DNA of 61,408 nt, filler included, from Choristocarpus tenellus KU-1152 (Eukaryota; Protista; Phaeophyceae): assembly GCA_964200185.2 (NCBI GenBank). It is 12 parts of 12 records of this genome, joined end to end, with 100 filler letters (N's around TTAATTAATTAA, not from the genome) between each part and the next. Parts side by side here need not be neighbours in the genome. Positions count along the whole stretch, not along the records: positions 11,597 to 22,978 come from CAXNAD020002352.1; positions 23,079 to 26,750 come from CAXNAD020018592.1; positions 26,851 to 30,540 come from CAXNAD020018501.1; 9 more parts are not named here. One strand, written 5' to 3'. Below the pieces are notes generated by a model. It searched no databases. It saw only the letters and a program-made list of their open reading frames with translations, and was not told the origin of the DNA. Of the stretch, positions 14,401 through 27,334 are shown piece after piece (within the stretch, counting starts at the first letter, position 1; each line of letters begins with the position of its first letter). The position numbers and the translations under genes were made by a program.

Positions 14401-15147
14401 TCCTTTTTGTCCAATCTTCCCTAAGAAAGATATGTTCCTCCCTTTCCTTCCCTTATCATGATATCATCATCATAATTCAGAATGCACATCAGCACGAGGT
14501 TTTCCTCTTTCTGGTCCTTCTCTTTTATTTGGTTGTATCCTGATTCACACCTTCACTGGAATGATCATCTGGAGACACCAACCACCCCCCTGATGTACAG
14601 TTCTCCTCCCACCCTATTTGTTCACTTTACACATCCTCACCAGATACTATAGCTCAAGTCCTCTACCCTCCACCTCCTCCTCCTCCTTTCCCCCTTGCAG
14701 TGTAGCAGCCACAGTTATACTATTAAAACTTCTCTGATTCCCCTACACCCATCAAAACTCTCAGTACTTTACTTTTACATAGTTTACTAATAATATAGTA
14801 CCTACATGATGACAGATGTAATGCTTTGTAGAATATCAACCCTCGTATCGAAGTGACATAAGCATCTCATGAGACATCATAAAATAGTTGTGAAGTAAAA
14901 CTGTATATCAAATTGTTAGCATGTATCCCGAAGAAAAGTTGAATTGTGTTTACGGATGGGGTGTCTCCCCCATCAATTCATTTTGACTGTATAAGGGCAA
15001 GTGCTTCATTGTTGACTAGAACAAAGGTATACTGATGGACTACCTCCGGCTTAACCTGGAAATGATAAGTTGACAATATGAAGGAGGTCATGCCCAGTAA
15101 CACAACAAGATTGAATTAGTTCAACTCAGATGGATGCTATTGAGTTA

Positions 15148-15384
15148 AAGTAAAAAGACGTACCCTGGTCTTGGTCCGTTTTGCATTTTAAGTATGTTTT
15201 TCAAGCTTTAATTTCTATTGATGAAGTTCTAAGTTTGACTTTGAGAGCAACAATTTCTCAATTGTTTGAAAATTTCCGACAGAATTTAGAAAATATTCTG
15301 TACACACTTGTCATAAAAATCGAATTTTGCATATATATTCTCAGCATCCTTAAAATGCAACTCTGGGTACCTCTCGTTTATCTT
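15148..15384 (+). mobile_element. MITE family C (~240 bp)
   Basis: Imperfect TIR AAGTAAAAAGACGTACCC ... GGGTACCTCTCGTTTATCTT; internal similarity to 54977-55231. Confidence 0.75.
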
Positions 15385-16619
15385 GACTTACCGCAAAAAC
15401 CTGAATACACACTCACTCACACACGCACACACATACACACACACACGCACACACACACATTGTGCTTGATCTCACCGGATACTGAATTGCTTCCTTTGGC
15501 TGATGCTTAACGGAACTACTGAACCAGTAAGCTGCTGCAAACTAGTTCCGGACATTAATTCACCAAATAAATTTTGGCACAAAGCTGAAGTTCAACGGAT
15601 AGCGTGAGAGGGACAGAATTTTAATCTATCAACACAAGTTGGCATTACAGTCTGATAACTTTGATGGGAAGGTCAGAAGGGGTGGACAATACTGCATATC
15701 AGTATGCCCAAATGGGTCTAATCCTCTATTGACACAGCCAGATAAGAATGTGCAGGCAAGGTCTGAGGGATTATCGGATGTTTATACATATACTTTGGCA
15801 ATGCTAGAGCTATCATGAACAGAAAACGTCACTTGAGGTATTAACCAGAGCAGCCAGAGAGACGGGACATTTTTTTTTGAGAGTCTGTAAGTTGCAGTGG
15901 ACTCAGCTCCAAAAACATAGATGATGATGATGGTATCAGTAGAATAGTCAATCCAACAAATGAGATGAGGCACAACAAAGATCTGGTGTATTGGATGGAC
16001 AAAATACCCCAACTGCTATAGTTGATTGGATTATTAAGTATCACTTGTAGAAGTGATGCTATAAATGATGCATAAAAAGTGTCTGTCAAAATATCTGATA
16101 CTAAAAAAGATGATACGGCACCAACTACAACAGTATTTTATATATTTTTCCAACAATATATATTGAATTACTAAGTAAAGTTATTTCTTGTATCCACTTG
16201 TACAATATAGTATCTATTAATTAAATATTGGATAAATTATCGTTGTTTCTACAATTAAAAATGGATAAGTTAATCAATAATAGAAACAATTTTAGTCAAT
16301 GGGGAAAGAAAAAGAAGTTCAGTGCCACATCTCAAAAAAAATATTTATATAAATATAATATATGTGAAAGTGTATTATATTGCTATTGACATGTTATATA
16401 AATGAAATAATTATATAACTATTCCATATTTATTACATTAACATTCACATAAATATAATTATTTGTAAAATTGGCATAATTAGAAAATGAATAAATTGTT
16501 TTTCTACACATACAAACATTTTGCAAGATTATTCCCTACACACAATCCAAGAGGAGAAAAATTCAAGATCTTAGGAAAGGGGACTTAGGGTGTGACTGGA
16601 GCTCATTCACTGTTGTACC

Positions 16620-17290
16620 CATCTTAGCAATGCCCTTCTCTTTCTGGTCCCGATCAAGCTATGGTTCCCCAGGAGCGATTTTGCTTCACCCTTGTATCCT
16701 CCTCATCATTGGTAACAACTTGACCAAAAAGGGAGAGAGAGATCTCCTCAACTTAAACATCAGGTTGACAAAAGGTTTTATACGTTTAATGTCAAGACTT
16801 TCGGGATTTCAATTCCCTCTTTCCACAATCAGAACCAGCCTCTCCACATTCTACAACTAACTGCTGAAGACCATCAAGTTTTACCAACCTACATCAACAA
16901 GTCATCCGAGGATGAAGACCACCCAAAAGCTTCAACAATGCACTATAGGTTCACTTAAACAAATAATCTAACCATAGTTCACCCTGATCAACCAAGAAAT
17001 TCAACCCTGTAAAGCCATGTAACTACATAACACTGTAGATACTACATGGAGGTACGCTCCTTAGCTGATATAGAACACAACATTCCAATCCGAATCAAAG
17101 CCACAACACTGATCCTTCAACTTCCACCTTCACCCCCTTCAATCTTCTTTCTTGACTGATTTTGTGTTGGTGTCTGATTCTGTGACTCCGTTAGAGATGA
17201 CCTACTCACTTCCACGTGGTTCAAAAATCTCTACTCTCGTTATTGATTTCAAAGACAAGGTAGAAAATTATATTGCATGGCAGCACGTAA
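16620..17290 (+). pseudogene. Decayed LINE APE-endonuclease domain
   Basis: APE-like motifs in the correct order across frames: GAILLHP, RDFNSL (cf. GDFN), NTTF, TDFVLVS (cf. IDYILVS), GSKISTLVIDF (cf. SDH..LV.DF). Confidence 0.4.
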
Positions 17291-17404
17291 TTAAAAAAGC
17301 TGGACAAGAATGTTCTATGGCCGACATGACAAAGGCTAGAGAGAGAAGGGCAACGTTCCATGCATGGAGGCTTCATTTTTAACCAAGAAAAAAGAGGGAA
17401 GAGA

Positions 17405-17495
17405 GAGCGGGAGAGAAAGGAGAGAAAGGAGAGAAACGAGAGAAACGAGAGAAAGGAGAAGAGAGAAAGGAGAGAAGAGAAAGGAGAGAAGAGAA
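17405..17495 (+). repeat. Polypurine tandem repeat (GAGAAAGGA / GAGAAAGGAGAGAA)n
   Basis: Direct reading. Confidence 0.9.
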
Positions 17496-17594
17496 AATCA
17501 TCATGGCTACGATTGCCCTGGATGACTCTAGAATGACCCGACTAGGCTTCTGTACCAGTAGGTCATAATTTACTTCTACATGATGGAGGGAATT

Positions 17595-17773
17595 GGCTCA
17601 GATTATCTGGGTATGTGTGGCAGCTGTCCATTCCGGGCGCATTTTTCCATCTCGCAATTTTTGGATGATTCGGTCGCATATGTCGGATGGATCATGTAAG
17701 TGCACTTCTCCTGGTCGGGGCTCGAATGGACTTCCTGGTGTAAACCTCCTTCCCCCCCCAGATACTTTGAGCC
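17595..17773 (-). mobile_element. MITE family B (~180 bp)
   Basis: TIR GGCTCAGATTATCTGGG ... CCCAGATACTTTGAGCC; reverse-complement match to 32421-32606. Confidence 0.8.
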
Positions 17774-18509
17774 AATTTCGAGGGTTGGACCTTGAGACAT
17801 CATACTGCTGATACTGCTTCAGTTTTCGTACCTTTCCCTGTCCTCTTGACATGAACGGGTTTCGTACTGCCCTAGTGTTCAGGGCAGAAAGCCCAGGCGC
17901 CGACTTCTTGACCTCCCAATCGCATTTAATTCTGTGGCTTGAAGGTGAAGCTCAGGTCCCAAAGCACTGAAAAATCTTGCCCCAATCCATCTCTGTGGAG
18001 GGCCAGACGACGAGACCAAGGTGGTGAAGAGATGTCGAGATCCACCAAGACAAAAAGCGTGGCACGCACGACAGGTAATGTCGTCATCAAAGACGTCTCG
18101 ATTAGAATTTCAGAGTATTCATGTGTAGAAGGGGCGTGAGTGGTTGTGTCCACCATTCCAGATGGAAAGAAGCGCGGCGAACAGATGATATGGTGGCCAT
18201 CAGAGATTTATTGAAGGTTGCTGGCGGACAGTTTGTATTTCAAGTGCACTAAATTCCCTCCGACTGCTCGCGTTCATTTTCTTGCTCACCTGCGATATCT
18301 TGCCATCCTATCATCTTTAATATGAGTCACTGCGTCTCTTCAGCAGTCCTAAACGCAGCAAGTACGCATGATGTATCGGTTTGTCATTTTTCTTAATAAT
18401 GGGAATTACAAAGGGGAAACCGTCTTTTCCATTTTCCACATTAATATATGATACTACAAAAAAATATATGAGTAGGTAGGTCACAGTAACTCCTCGACTA
18501 TTATTGGTG

Positions 18510-18955
18510 ATATGAATGGGTAGAGACAGATATATTTTATTATTATATTTTGATATTTTGGATATATATATGTGTGAGGGGAAAAACCAATGGAAACCAT
18601 TCCAATGTCGTAATCCCTAAAAAAGAAAGACATTTTTCTATCATGTAGATATATTATATTATTATGCCTTTTGACATTTTGCAGATAGATGTGTCAGAGA
18701 GGAAACCAATAAAAACTATTCACATCTCAGTGTAAGCCCTAAAGAAACAAATGTCAAAAATGTGAAAAACACTATAATCTTTGTGTTACTTCACCATCCA
18801 TGTATCTATATTGTACCACTGCCTTCCTCCGCCTCCAATCTACCTATTCCTGTGCCTCAGGGTAGTGAGGAGCTAGGGAGGCATCCCAAGAGTCCAACAA
18901 ACCCCTCCGTGCCAATCTCCCTGGTGACTCCAGCTTAAAAAGCATGACACGTCAT
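18510..18955 (+). repeat. Dispersed repeat family E (AT-rich subrepeats plus a GC-richer end)
   Basis: Matches 42165-42465 (tattattatgcc--tgacattttgcagat...agggaggcatccca...ctccagctt..aa-gcatgac-cgtc); partial copies near 2800-2930 and inverted at 45153-45200. Confidence 0.7.
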
Positions 18956-19708
18956 ACATCGTACTATACTGCATATTAATAATAGTAATACCACATAACT
19001 AACTCCAGAAAGTGTCAGTTTTCATGTCCATTCACAATTTTAAGATAGATGTATGGCAGAGAGTATATAATACAAAGTCTCTATCAGTACTAGTCTTACT
19101 TAAAATAATATTCAAGCACAATGAGCACTACTACTCACAACATAATAATAAATTAATAGTCAATATCGAAGTTCTAGTAGTGCCACAGTGCTACCAGCAC
19201 TACAACAACCTTGAGATTGGTGGTTGTACAAATATTTGGTATCAGCAACACACAACAATAATAAATAGTATGCTATATACCTATTTGAACATAATGACCA
19301 AAAATGGAAGGTGAAGAGGCATTATCTCGCTTCACTTTCTCGTGACACATGAGAGCATATAAATGTGCTGAACTTTACAGGTCTGGTGCAGTAAAGGTCT
19401 CATCCCCGAGACAGAGGTGCCGCCGACGTGTCCTTTGTGCTGGGAAGTTGCAGTAACAGTGGTGGTGGGCGACCCGAATTGAAGGAGGTATGTATGCATC
19501 AGTGCAACAATAAAACCACAGTAGTAGTAAGTAATTGAGACTGAGACCTAGTCTTTTCATCATTATCGCAATGCGCCATCAAACAAAGCAAAACCAATGT
19601 GGTTATAATCAGTCATAACAGGCGATAAACAATCTATCTCTCCGTATGATGTATCCAAATTGCAAACATTTTTTTTAATAGCCTAATTGATAATAGTAGC
19701 TCATTTGA

Positions 19709-22558
19709 TCAGATGGAGCTATGCAGGTCGAGGTCCATCTTGATCTTGTCCACAAGATCCAACACAACATACACATCGTCCTTGGGGAGGATGTCAGTGG
19801 TCGTGGGGATGGAGTTCGTCAACCAGAACTTCTCAAAAACACAACGATCACCCCCCTGCAATTGACGAGATCGATCAACCGTTGTTAGATACCGAACCAC
19901 AAAAAATCGTTTTAAAAAAAAAGGTGCAGGGGAGGGAGGCAGTAGTAGCCCAGAGCCATTGCAGTAGCGCCACAAACAAAAGGAGAGACAGAGTGCAAGG
20001 TGGAAAAGGTGGGTGAGCGGTTACCATGAGCGTCGGTTGGGTGTGAGCAGAAAGTGTCACGCTCTTGTCTGTTACATATATCGATGAACTAACGCTAAGC
20101 TTCTTTGTTCTGCAGCATCAAAAGGCGTAACTTTACGGACTCACTAGCCTCAAACTGCAAGACAAATAGAGGTATAGTAGTGTAGTGACAGGATCACACC
20201 AAAACAATTGGCAAATCAGGGGAACAGTCAACAATACCATCGAAAAGCTCTGATGATATGTACACCGCTATAATCAATCATCGCGCTAAGTGTTAGGGCG
20301 GGTAGGAGAGGTGGTCTTTTCTATGTATTTATGAAAGCATGCATTAGATAGATACATCAAGGAAGCACATTTCATCACTGGATCGATCACCTTCGCAAAT
20401 CGTTTCCACGCCTTCTTCGGGAACACCCCGTGTGCCACAAAGGCATGAACAGTGGCAGCACCCGCCTCCTTCAATGCAACTCCGCACTCATAAAGCGTGC
20501 CTCCGGTCTGCAATGTCAAGCAAAAATGTAAAAAAATAAATTATATATATATATATATTGAGTTTGGGGGGCAGGGAGGGGGGTAGGTGGTAGTGGTTGT
20601 GGTGGTAAGGAACAAGGGTTTCACAGTAACAATAGGTAAAAATCTTCTGAGAACGGTAAAGAAAAACATAGAAGAGATTGAGGAAGTATGTATCCAAGGC
20701 AATTTCGCAGACTGAACAAATCAGCCCTAGTCGCTCAATGCCAACTGTACATAGATACACCATTCTGTAAGGTCCAAAGAGTCGCTCAAAGTAAAATGTC
20801 CCCCCTTGACTTCCTCAACTCCAGCATATACCTATATATATAATCCCTACGATGAATGAAGAGGGGGAAAATTCAAGGAATCTACCTCAAATGTGTGTGT
20901 GTGTGGGGGGGGGGCGGGGGAGAGGGATAGGGTCAAGATTACTGGGTCTGAGGTTAGAGTCCACTAGTATACAATTAGAATATACTCTGAAATAGTCAAA
21001 CTTTGACTGGAGTTACACATGATGGTGGAATTACAATCCATGCTTCAGAAGGGTTACGGTTAGAATCAAAGTAACTGAGAGGTGCAAGCCATTGGGTTCT
21101 AGGGTTGGCCCCTCTGAGTTTCTAGTGGAACATTTTTTGTGGCAAAGAACCTGCCCCAGGTGTGAAGCACATCTTGGCTATTTTGTAGGTACACTCAAGT
21201 TTGCAGGAAAAGAAGGTTATCCATATTGATACCCCTTTTCAAATGCTTTTTACCTTCTTTAAATAAAAAATGAAGTTGAAATGACTCCCCTTTAAAAAAC
21301 TCAAACTGGCCAACCTCTCCCCCCCCCCCAAAAAAAAAGAAAAGAAAAGAATGTGACAGATACATACAACACTACTTTTTAATAGCAATGCATCTTGAAA
21401 AACTAACATACTTTGAACCACTTATACCAGTGATACAAGGTACACTATTGATATCACAACCCACACAGTTGAGTACCAAACTACCATGAGAAAATAAAAC
21501 CCACATAAATTAACAAAAGAAAAAGCACACAACGCAAAATGCACGTACAAAACTCCTCTGAAAAAGATTTACTATTTCTAACCCTAATGCTATCAAAACC
21601 AACAATAATAACAAAAATAAATACACACAAAATGTACATCAACCTGAGAGATTCACTCATCCCTAACCCTGCTATGCAAACCAACAACAATAAAAAATGA
21701 ACTCACACAAAAAGAAAAATTAACACTGTCCTGAAAAGATTCAGAAACCAGCTCTCCCAAATAAAAAACAAAAAAAGTATATTCTTACATTACTAGACAT
21801 TTTTTTCGCTAAAAAACCCCCTCAACCTTCAACCTAAAAAAAAAAATGAGCACTGACCAGCTCAGCCCTTACAATCAAAACTAAACTCAACAAAGCACAT
21901 TGCAAATACTCTGCCTACATAAAGTATGCATTAACATTGTTATCTCACTTTTATAAAAGTCAAAATCTAAGGGGTTTCAGAGATATGTGGTTGAAACGGC
22001 AATGTCTTTTTTGAACTCTTGTGTTACTAAAGAGAGTTTTGAAAAACTCCACTCCAAGTCTCTGCCATAGCTCCAACCCTAACCCTAATGAGGATTCTTT
22101 TTGCTGCCAATGCTAACTTCTTTTTTTTTCTCATCAATGTCAAAAAAAATTCCAGCGATAAACTGAAAAATAGAGTCAATACATTTTTTTTTTTTTTTTA
22201 AATGCACAAGAGTATCAACTGTAGAGTTCAAAGGCAATAAAATAAACACACATAAAAAAACACAAACACACAAACACACACACACACACACACTGCTTTG
22301 AGAAATACTGCATGGAGCACATCTGCATCCACTCAAACAAGCCAACCAACCAACTACCAAACCCCCAACCAACCCCCCCCGACCTGAACAAGATCATCCA
22401 CGATGATAATCCGACGCCCCTCCGGCTCCCCGTCTTGAATGGTGATTCGCCGATTGTCTCCGTCCCGAACCTTCCCGCATATCACGGTGTGGAAACCCAT
22501 GCCCTCGAACATGTGGGCAAAACGCTTGGCCGCACCGTCATCGGGAAATGCCACACAG
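19709..22558 (-). CDS. PRS: Class II (plant PRS3/PRS4-type) ribose-phosphate pyrophosphokinase, last three exons
   Basis: Exons 22558-22384, 20507-20391, 19855-19709 with GT-AG phase-0 junctions: CVAFPDDGAAKRF...IIIVDDLVQ-TGGTLYECGVALKEAGAATVHAFVAHGVFP...WKRFAK-GGDRCVFEKFWLTNSIP...LHSSI*. PRPP-binding motif VDDLVQTGGT is rebuilt across an intron. Confidence 0.93.
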
Positions 22559-22617
22559 CTGAACGTTCACGGCACCCACCAGGCATCGATCGGGTTGGGG
22601 TTAGGGTTTTAGGGTTA

Positions 22618-22660
<43 letters not shown>

Positions 22661-22742
22661 CTTTTACACTCNNNNNNNNNNGCACTACCGCCTCTCCCCC
22701 CCGGTCTCGTCGGGGTTGGGGGTCTGGGTTTGGGGTTTTGGG

Positions 22743-22774
<32 letters not shown>

Positions 22775-23157
22775 GTCTTGTTTGTTCAAAATCAATCTAA
22801 CACACCACCGGTAAGCGGCAACAAGTAGGGTCTCATCAGCCACCTCAAAATGGTAAGGGTTCGAGGCATAGTGTCCTAGAGGCGGTGCAGGGGGGGGGGG
22901 GGGGGGGGGGAATATTTCCCAATCTTAAAAGAAATATATATACTAGAAAGCAAATGGTTACTTATAGAACCTCTCAATNNNNNNNNNNNNNNNNNNNNNN
23001 NNNNNNNNNNNNNNNNNNNNNNTTAATTAATTAANNNNNNNNNNNNNNNNNNNNNNNNNNNNNNNNNNNNNNNNNNNNCCCCCCCCTCCAACTCTCAACT
23101 CATTTGTGTTCCATTCTGACTCTGGATATTCTGCACTCACTTGTGCTTAATTCACAG

Positions 23158-25828
23158 ATGGTTATGCACATGAGGGTGGACCAGATTACATCAGAGGTGT
23201 CTGCATTAGTACACAGGTTGGCTCTCTCTGGGTCAGTTTGTGCTAGGGGGGCCTGTTGTGCTCTGGTGGCACAGGTCTATGCACTTCCCCCCCGCCCCCA
23301 GCAGCTGCAGCTGAGGGTAAGAATGAGAGGAGAGGATTGGGGTGCACGTTATAAAATGAGATACCTTTTTTTTATCAAGTCATTTTATTACCTCAGTGTG
23401 TGTTAATGTTGTGTGATTTTGTCAAGTATTAATGGTGATATTGGAGTTTATTTTTTTATATACTTATTTTGATTTTTTTTCTGTGTGCGTTTGTTGGAGC
23501 GTATGGTGCCTTTTTATTTTTTTTTCAATGGGGGTGCTGTAAGGCGAGGAGTTCGAAGATGAGGTGAGGTGATGTCATTAGTGTGATGTGTTGGATGGAT
23601 GTAGACACGGCAGAAGTCTGTTTGAAATGTTGGGCCAATAGTGTGCGTCATGGTTCCTAATTTGCTGACATGGAGTGGTCTCTTCTCTTCCTGTGACAAT
23701 ACTGTTAGTATCTTGGCTGTGGAGGAGGAGAGTTTGCTCAAGCATTTTCTTTTTTGTGACTGTGGCCTAGGATTGGTTGGATCGTTACGATATTGTCTTT
23801 TTATTGGCTGGCTCCAGAGCCATGCCCAGAGCGAAGGTTTGTGCAAATGGTGCAAGAAGCGAATGTGTACTTAAACCTCTCTTTTTTGTGCCCCTATTAT
23901 ATAAACAAAGGAGTTCTTCCAAAAATGTAGGTGATAACTGTTTCCTTTTTCTTTTTGGTTCTGTTTTTGGTTTGTTAGTCTGTCCTGTTGTCCTCTGCGA
24001 CTCACTTCTTGCCCACATTTATGTAAGTGACGGTTTGAATTTTCCAACAATACCGATGCAGTGCATGCCTTTTAAAAATAGGGTACATCAAAAGATGGAG
24101 GGTAGGGGTAGGGGTGAAGGGTGAGATCGTGTTGATGGTATCGTTGGCTCTAATCCATTCCAGGACATGTTTGACAAGTCACTGTGCAGCATGGCTATTA
24201 CAAGCTACCGTATCAACCTAATGCTCTGCAGGCGTGTGCCCAACACCTCCCCCCACCCCTTTCTTTTTTTTTTCTTTTTCCTATTGTTAGGGTTAGGGTT
24301 AGGGTTAGTTTTTTTTTTTCACTATTGTTAGCGTGTGAATAGTTTGCATCATGTGAGGGACCCTTGTACCATCTCTTGAGCTCTATGGCCATCTCTCTTG
24401 TCTTTGTATGTGTGTATATATGATGTATGTGGATGTACACACGCTCACGCCTCTTTGTGTTTTGCAACTCTATCTCTTTGTGTGTGTGTGTGTGTGTGTG
24501 TGTTTGTTGGAACTTGGTATGGCGTTTATCTATTTCTTGTTTCTTGTTCCGTTGTTGTTACAGGGCATATTGAGTAGGCTCTTGCATGATCCGTTTGCAG
24601 GCGTGAGGGGCGAGGCTATAAAGGCGGTGGGGCTGGTGGGCACCATGGCAGATGCAAGTGCGACGTACTGGCTGCTCCTTTTGGGGGAGGTACGGGTCAT
24701 TGTTGAAAAGATAGAAGCATTTCCGGAGGCTGCTGATTGGCTGACGAATCTGGAAGTTTTCCCATTTTCTGCTGAGTTTTGAAATTGACACTCTTTGGAG
24801 TGGTATGGTGCTATGTATGTATTTACTATGAAGAACAGTAGAAAGGGTAGTTCCGCCTGTTTAAATATCTCTATATCTCTATATCTCTCTATATATCGTC
24901 GACATGTTTTTATTGTTTGTCATACTGTTTGCTGGCTAAATGTTAATAACTCTATTGTTCGATGGTGGTACTAGGGTTGCTACACGGGTATAATAATTGG
25001 AGTGTCCTGGTGGGTCCTCATTAGGTTCAGGCCTGTTGTATAAAAAAATAGCCCGCTGTGAGTTTTTTTTTGTATTGGTGTTGGTTCCCCCCGAGGTTGA
25101 TGGACATGAACATGGACATGGACACACTGGCTCTATTGTATCCATGTTTAGAGTTGGCTTTAGCTTTTGAATGTAGGTGTCGTTGATGGTGGTAAGAACC
25201 TTTCCAGTAGTGTTGTGAAGTGAAACTGCTTGGATACAGAAATCACTCTCCTTTTTTCTGACTTGGAAGCGGGCGTTGTCGTGCCTCTCTCTTTTGTTGA
25301 AGGGTTAGGGTTAGGGTTAGGGTTAGGGTTGGAGTGTCGTTCTTGCTGTGATGTGGTCCCTGTGTATAGCTTCGGTGGCTGTTTTTGAGGTGTATGGGCT
25401 ATGTTGCAGTTGTTGGTTTTGTTGCAGAATGGGGAAGGCGGACAGGAATGTGCTTGCTAAGATTCTTTTTTCGTTTACGTGGTTGAGTAGGAGTGGCCTT
25501 TTGACCTCCATGGCAGTTTCGGTTTCGGTTTCGGTTTCGGTTGAAGGTCATGGTGTAACCGATTTCAAGGATGATTTTTTTTTCTTTTCTTCTTCTAGTA
25601 AAAGAAGTACCTTGATGTTAATGTAAAATATGTGAACCTTAATGACCCATTTTTTTGAAAAGAATCTGTTCTCTGCCGTTTTGTTTATTATTATTATTAT
25701 TTGTGTGTGTGTGTGGCGTGGTGTACTTCAATTTAAACCCCTTCAGCGTGCTGCATTGGATGTGGATACAGCAGTGAGACGAACCAGTGTTGATATGCTC
25801 TTGCATATTGGCCACAGGCTGCCTAGAG
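23158..25828 (+). CDS. Internal exons of a divergent PP2A scaffold A-subunit/PP4R1-like HEAT-repeat protein
   Basis: Exons 23158-23316, 24564-24689, 25747-25828 (GT-AG, phase 0): LVHRLALSGSVCARGACCALVAQVY...QLR-GILSRLLHDPFAGVRGEA...LGE-RAALDVDTAVRRTSVDMLLHIGHRLP. Near-colinear with PP2A-A LVKRLA...SRTSACGL...ELR...DDTPMVRRAA...DEQDSVRLLAV...LP. Confidence 0.7.
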
Positions 25829-27075
25829 GTATGTATGTGGGAAACATGTTTGTATTGTGTGTGTGTGGTGTGTGTGTATGCCTGCTCATTGGAACTGGTG
25901 TTGATGGTGTCCTTTGGAGAAATGTATCTAAAGTACCCAAGAAGGGGGTGTGGGGGAGTTTTAGAGGGCCCCTCTGACCGTCTCGTGATGTATGTTTTTT
26001 GGAGCATGTAGTAGTCCCCAGAAGTGTTGTGATACATATTTTTTTGTTTTTGTTGACAGAGTTGTCTTTGAGAAAAAAAAGCCTTCCATCTTCTTCGAGA
26101 AACGGAGTCGAAAAGCCTCTTGAGACTTGATCCCACGGAGGACACGCGCCTCTCTGTAGTGGTGCTGTAGACTCTTTTTTGCATTAGGGTTAGGGATGCC
26201 GAAGTGTGGAGAGGTAGATGTCTTGTTGGGTGAGGGTTAGGGTTAGGGTTTTTGATGTCCAACGGTGATGGTGGGATATGGATGCTTGTGCTGCTTTTTG
26301 AAGTAAATATAGTTCTGAGGAATGGGATGTGTGAGATTTGTGAGATTTGTTTGGATGTGTCACGAACCCCGTGTGTGGGGTAGTAGCTTGTGTGTTGTGT
26401 GGTAGTAGCATGAAAATTCGGAGTCCTTGTGGTGAGAGTTATGTGTAGGTGGTGTAGTATGTGAGGCTGCATCTTCTGGGAGGCTGTGGTCAGAGGTAGA
26501 ATGGAGAAATGTAAGTGAAATGTAAGTGAAATGTAACTGATGATCAACGATGTAATGAATGAGAAGTATATAGATGAGGTATGGTGGGCATGGTGTGGCT
26601 ACTGGTGTAGGTTGTTACAAGGACATGATTGGAAGGGTGTGTTCCTTTTTGACCCTATTGAAGTTATTTCTTGACATTATAAGGTTATCCCCCCCCCCCC
26701 CCCCCTCCTTTTTTCCTTCTTCAGACAAAGGGGAGGCCCACCGTGGGGGGNNNNNNNNNNNNNNNNNNNNNNNNNNNNNNNNNNNNNNNNNNNNTTAATT
26801 AATTAANNNNNNNNNNNNNNNNNNNNNNNNNNNNNNNNNNNNNNNNNNNNCTGTCACTTCCACAGTCCTAACGCCCAACATGTTGGTTTGAGCCTTGCCG
26901 CCCCTACCCCCCCCCCCTCCTCTTGGGTCACGCCTCCTTCACCCCCTCAACCCCCTCATCTTCGCTGGGTCCAGGTGTTTAATGGATAGGGGAGGGGGGG
27001 AGAGGAGTTACTAGGCACCCACTCCCATTCATGGGGATCTTGGCAAGGCCCAGCAAAATGATACTACCGAGCTTG

Positions 27076-27334
27076 AGGTCAAATCGTTTTAGAGGGTAGG
27101 GCCGTGTCTGTTCGGGATCATAAATCCAATGCAGCGATTTTTATGTGTATTGGCTATCATGTTAGATAGCAAGTGTCAATATCCTTGCTCCGGACACACC
27201 TTTCATAGTCGTATACAATTTTAGGTAACTGTACTCACACAGAAAACCGAAACGGGGCATAAAAAAGTCTTGGGAAGCCAAGCCCCGAATGGAAAAATAG
27301 GGCAAGACTCCTACCGTCTAAAATGCTTTGGGTC
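27076..27334 (-). mobile_element. MITE family A
   Basis: Inverted copy with both TIRs; flanked by TTG/TTG. Confidence 0.8.

Noticed and set aside
17880-18360. GC-richer coding-like stretch
   Set aside because: Stops in all long frames and no family recognised
23771-23836. In-phase candidate exon DWLDRYDIVFLLAGSRAMPRAK suggesting a STAG/Scc3 assignment
   Set aside because: The flanking exons align almost without gaps to PP2A-A without it; weak donor (GTTTGT). An alternative exon is not fully excluded
25639-26547. 302-aa minus-strand ORF
   Set aside because: T/H-rich translation of GT-rich intron DNA, antisense to a real exon
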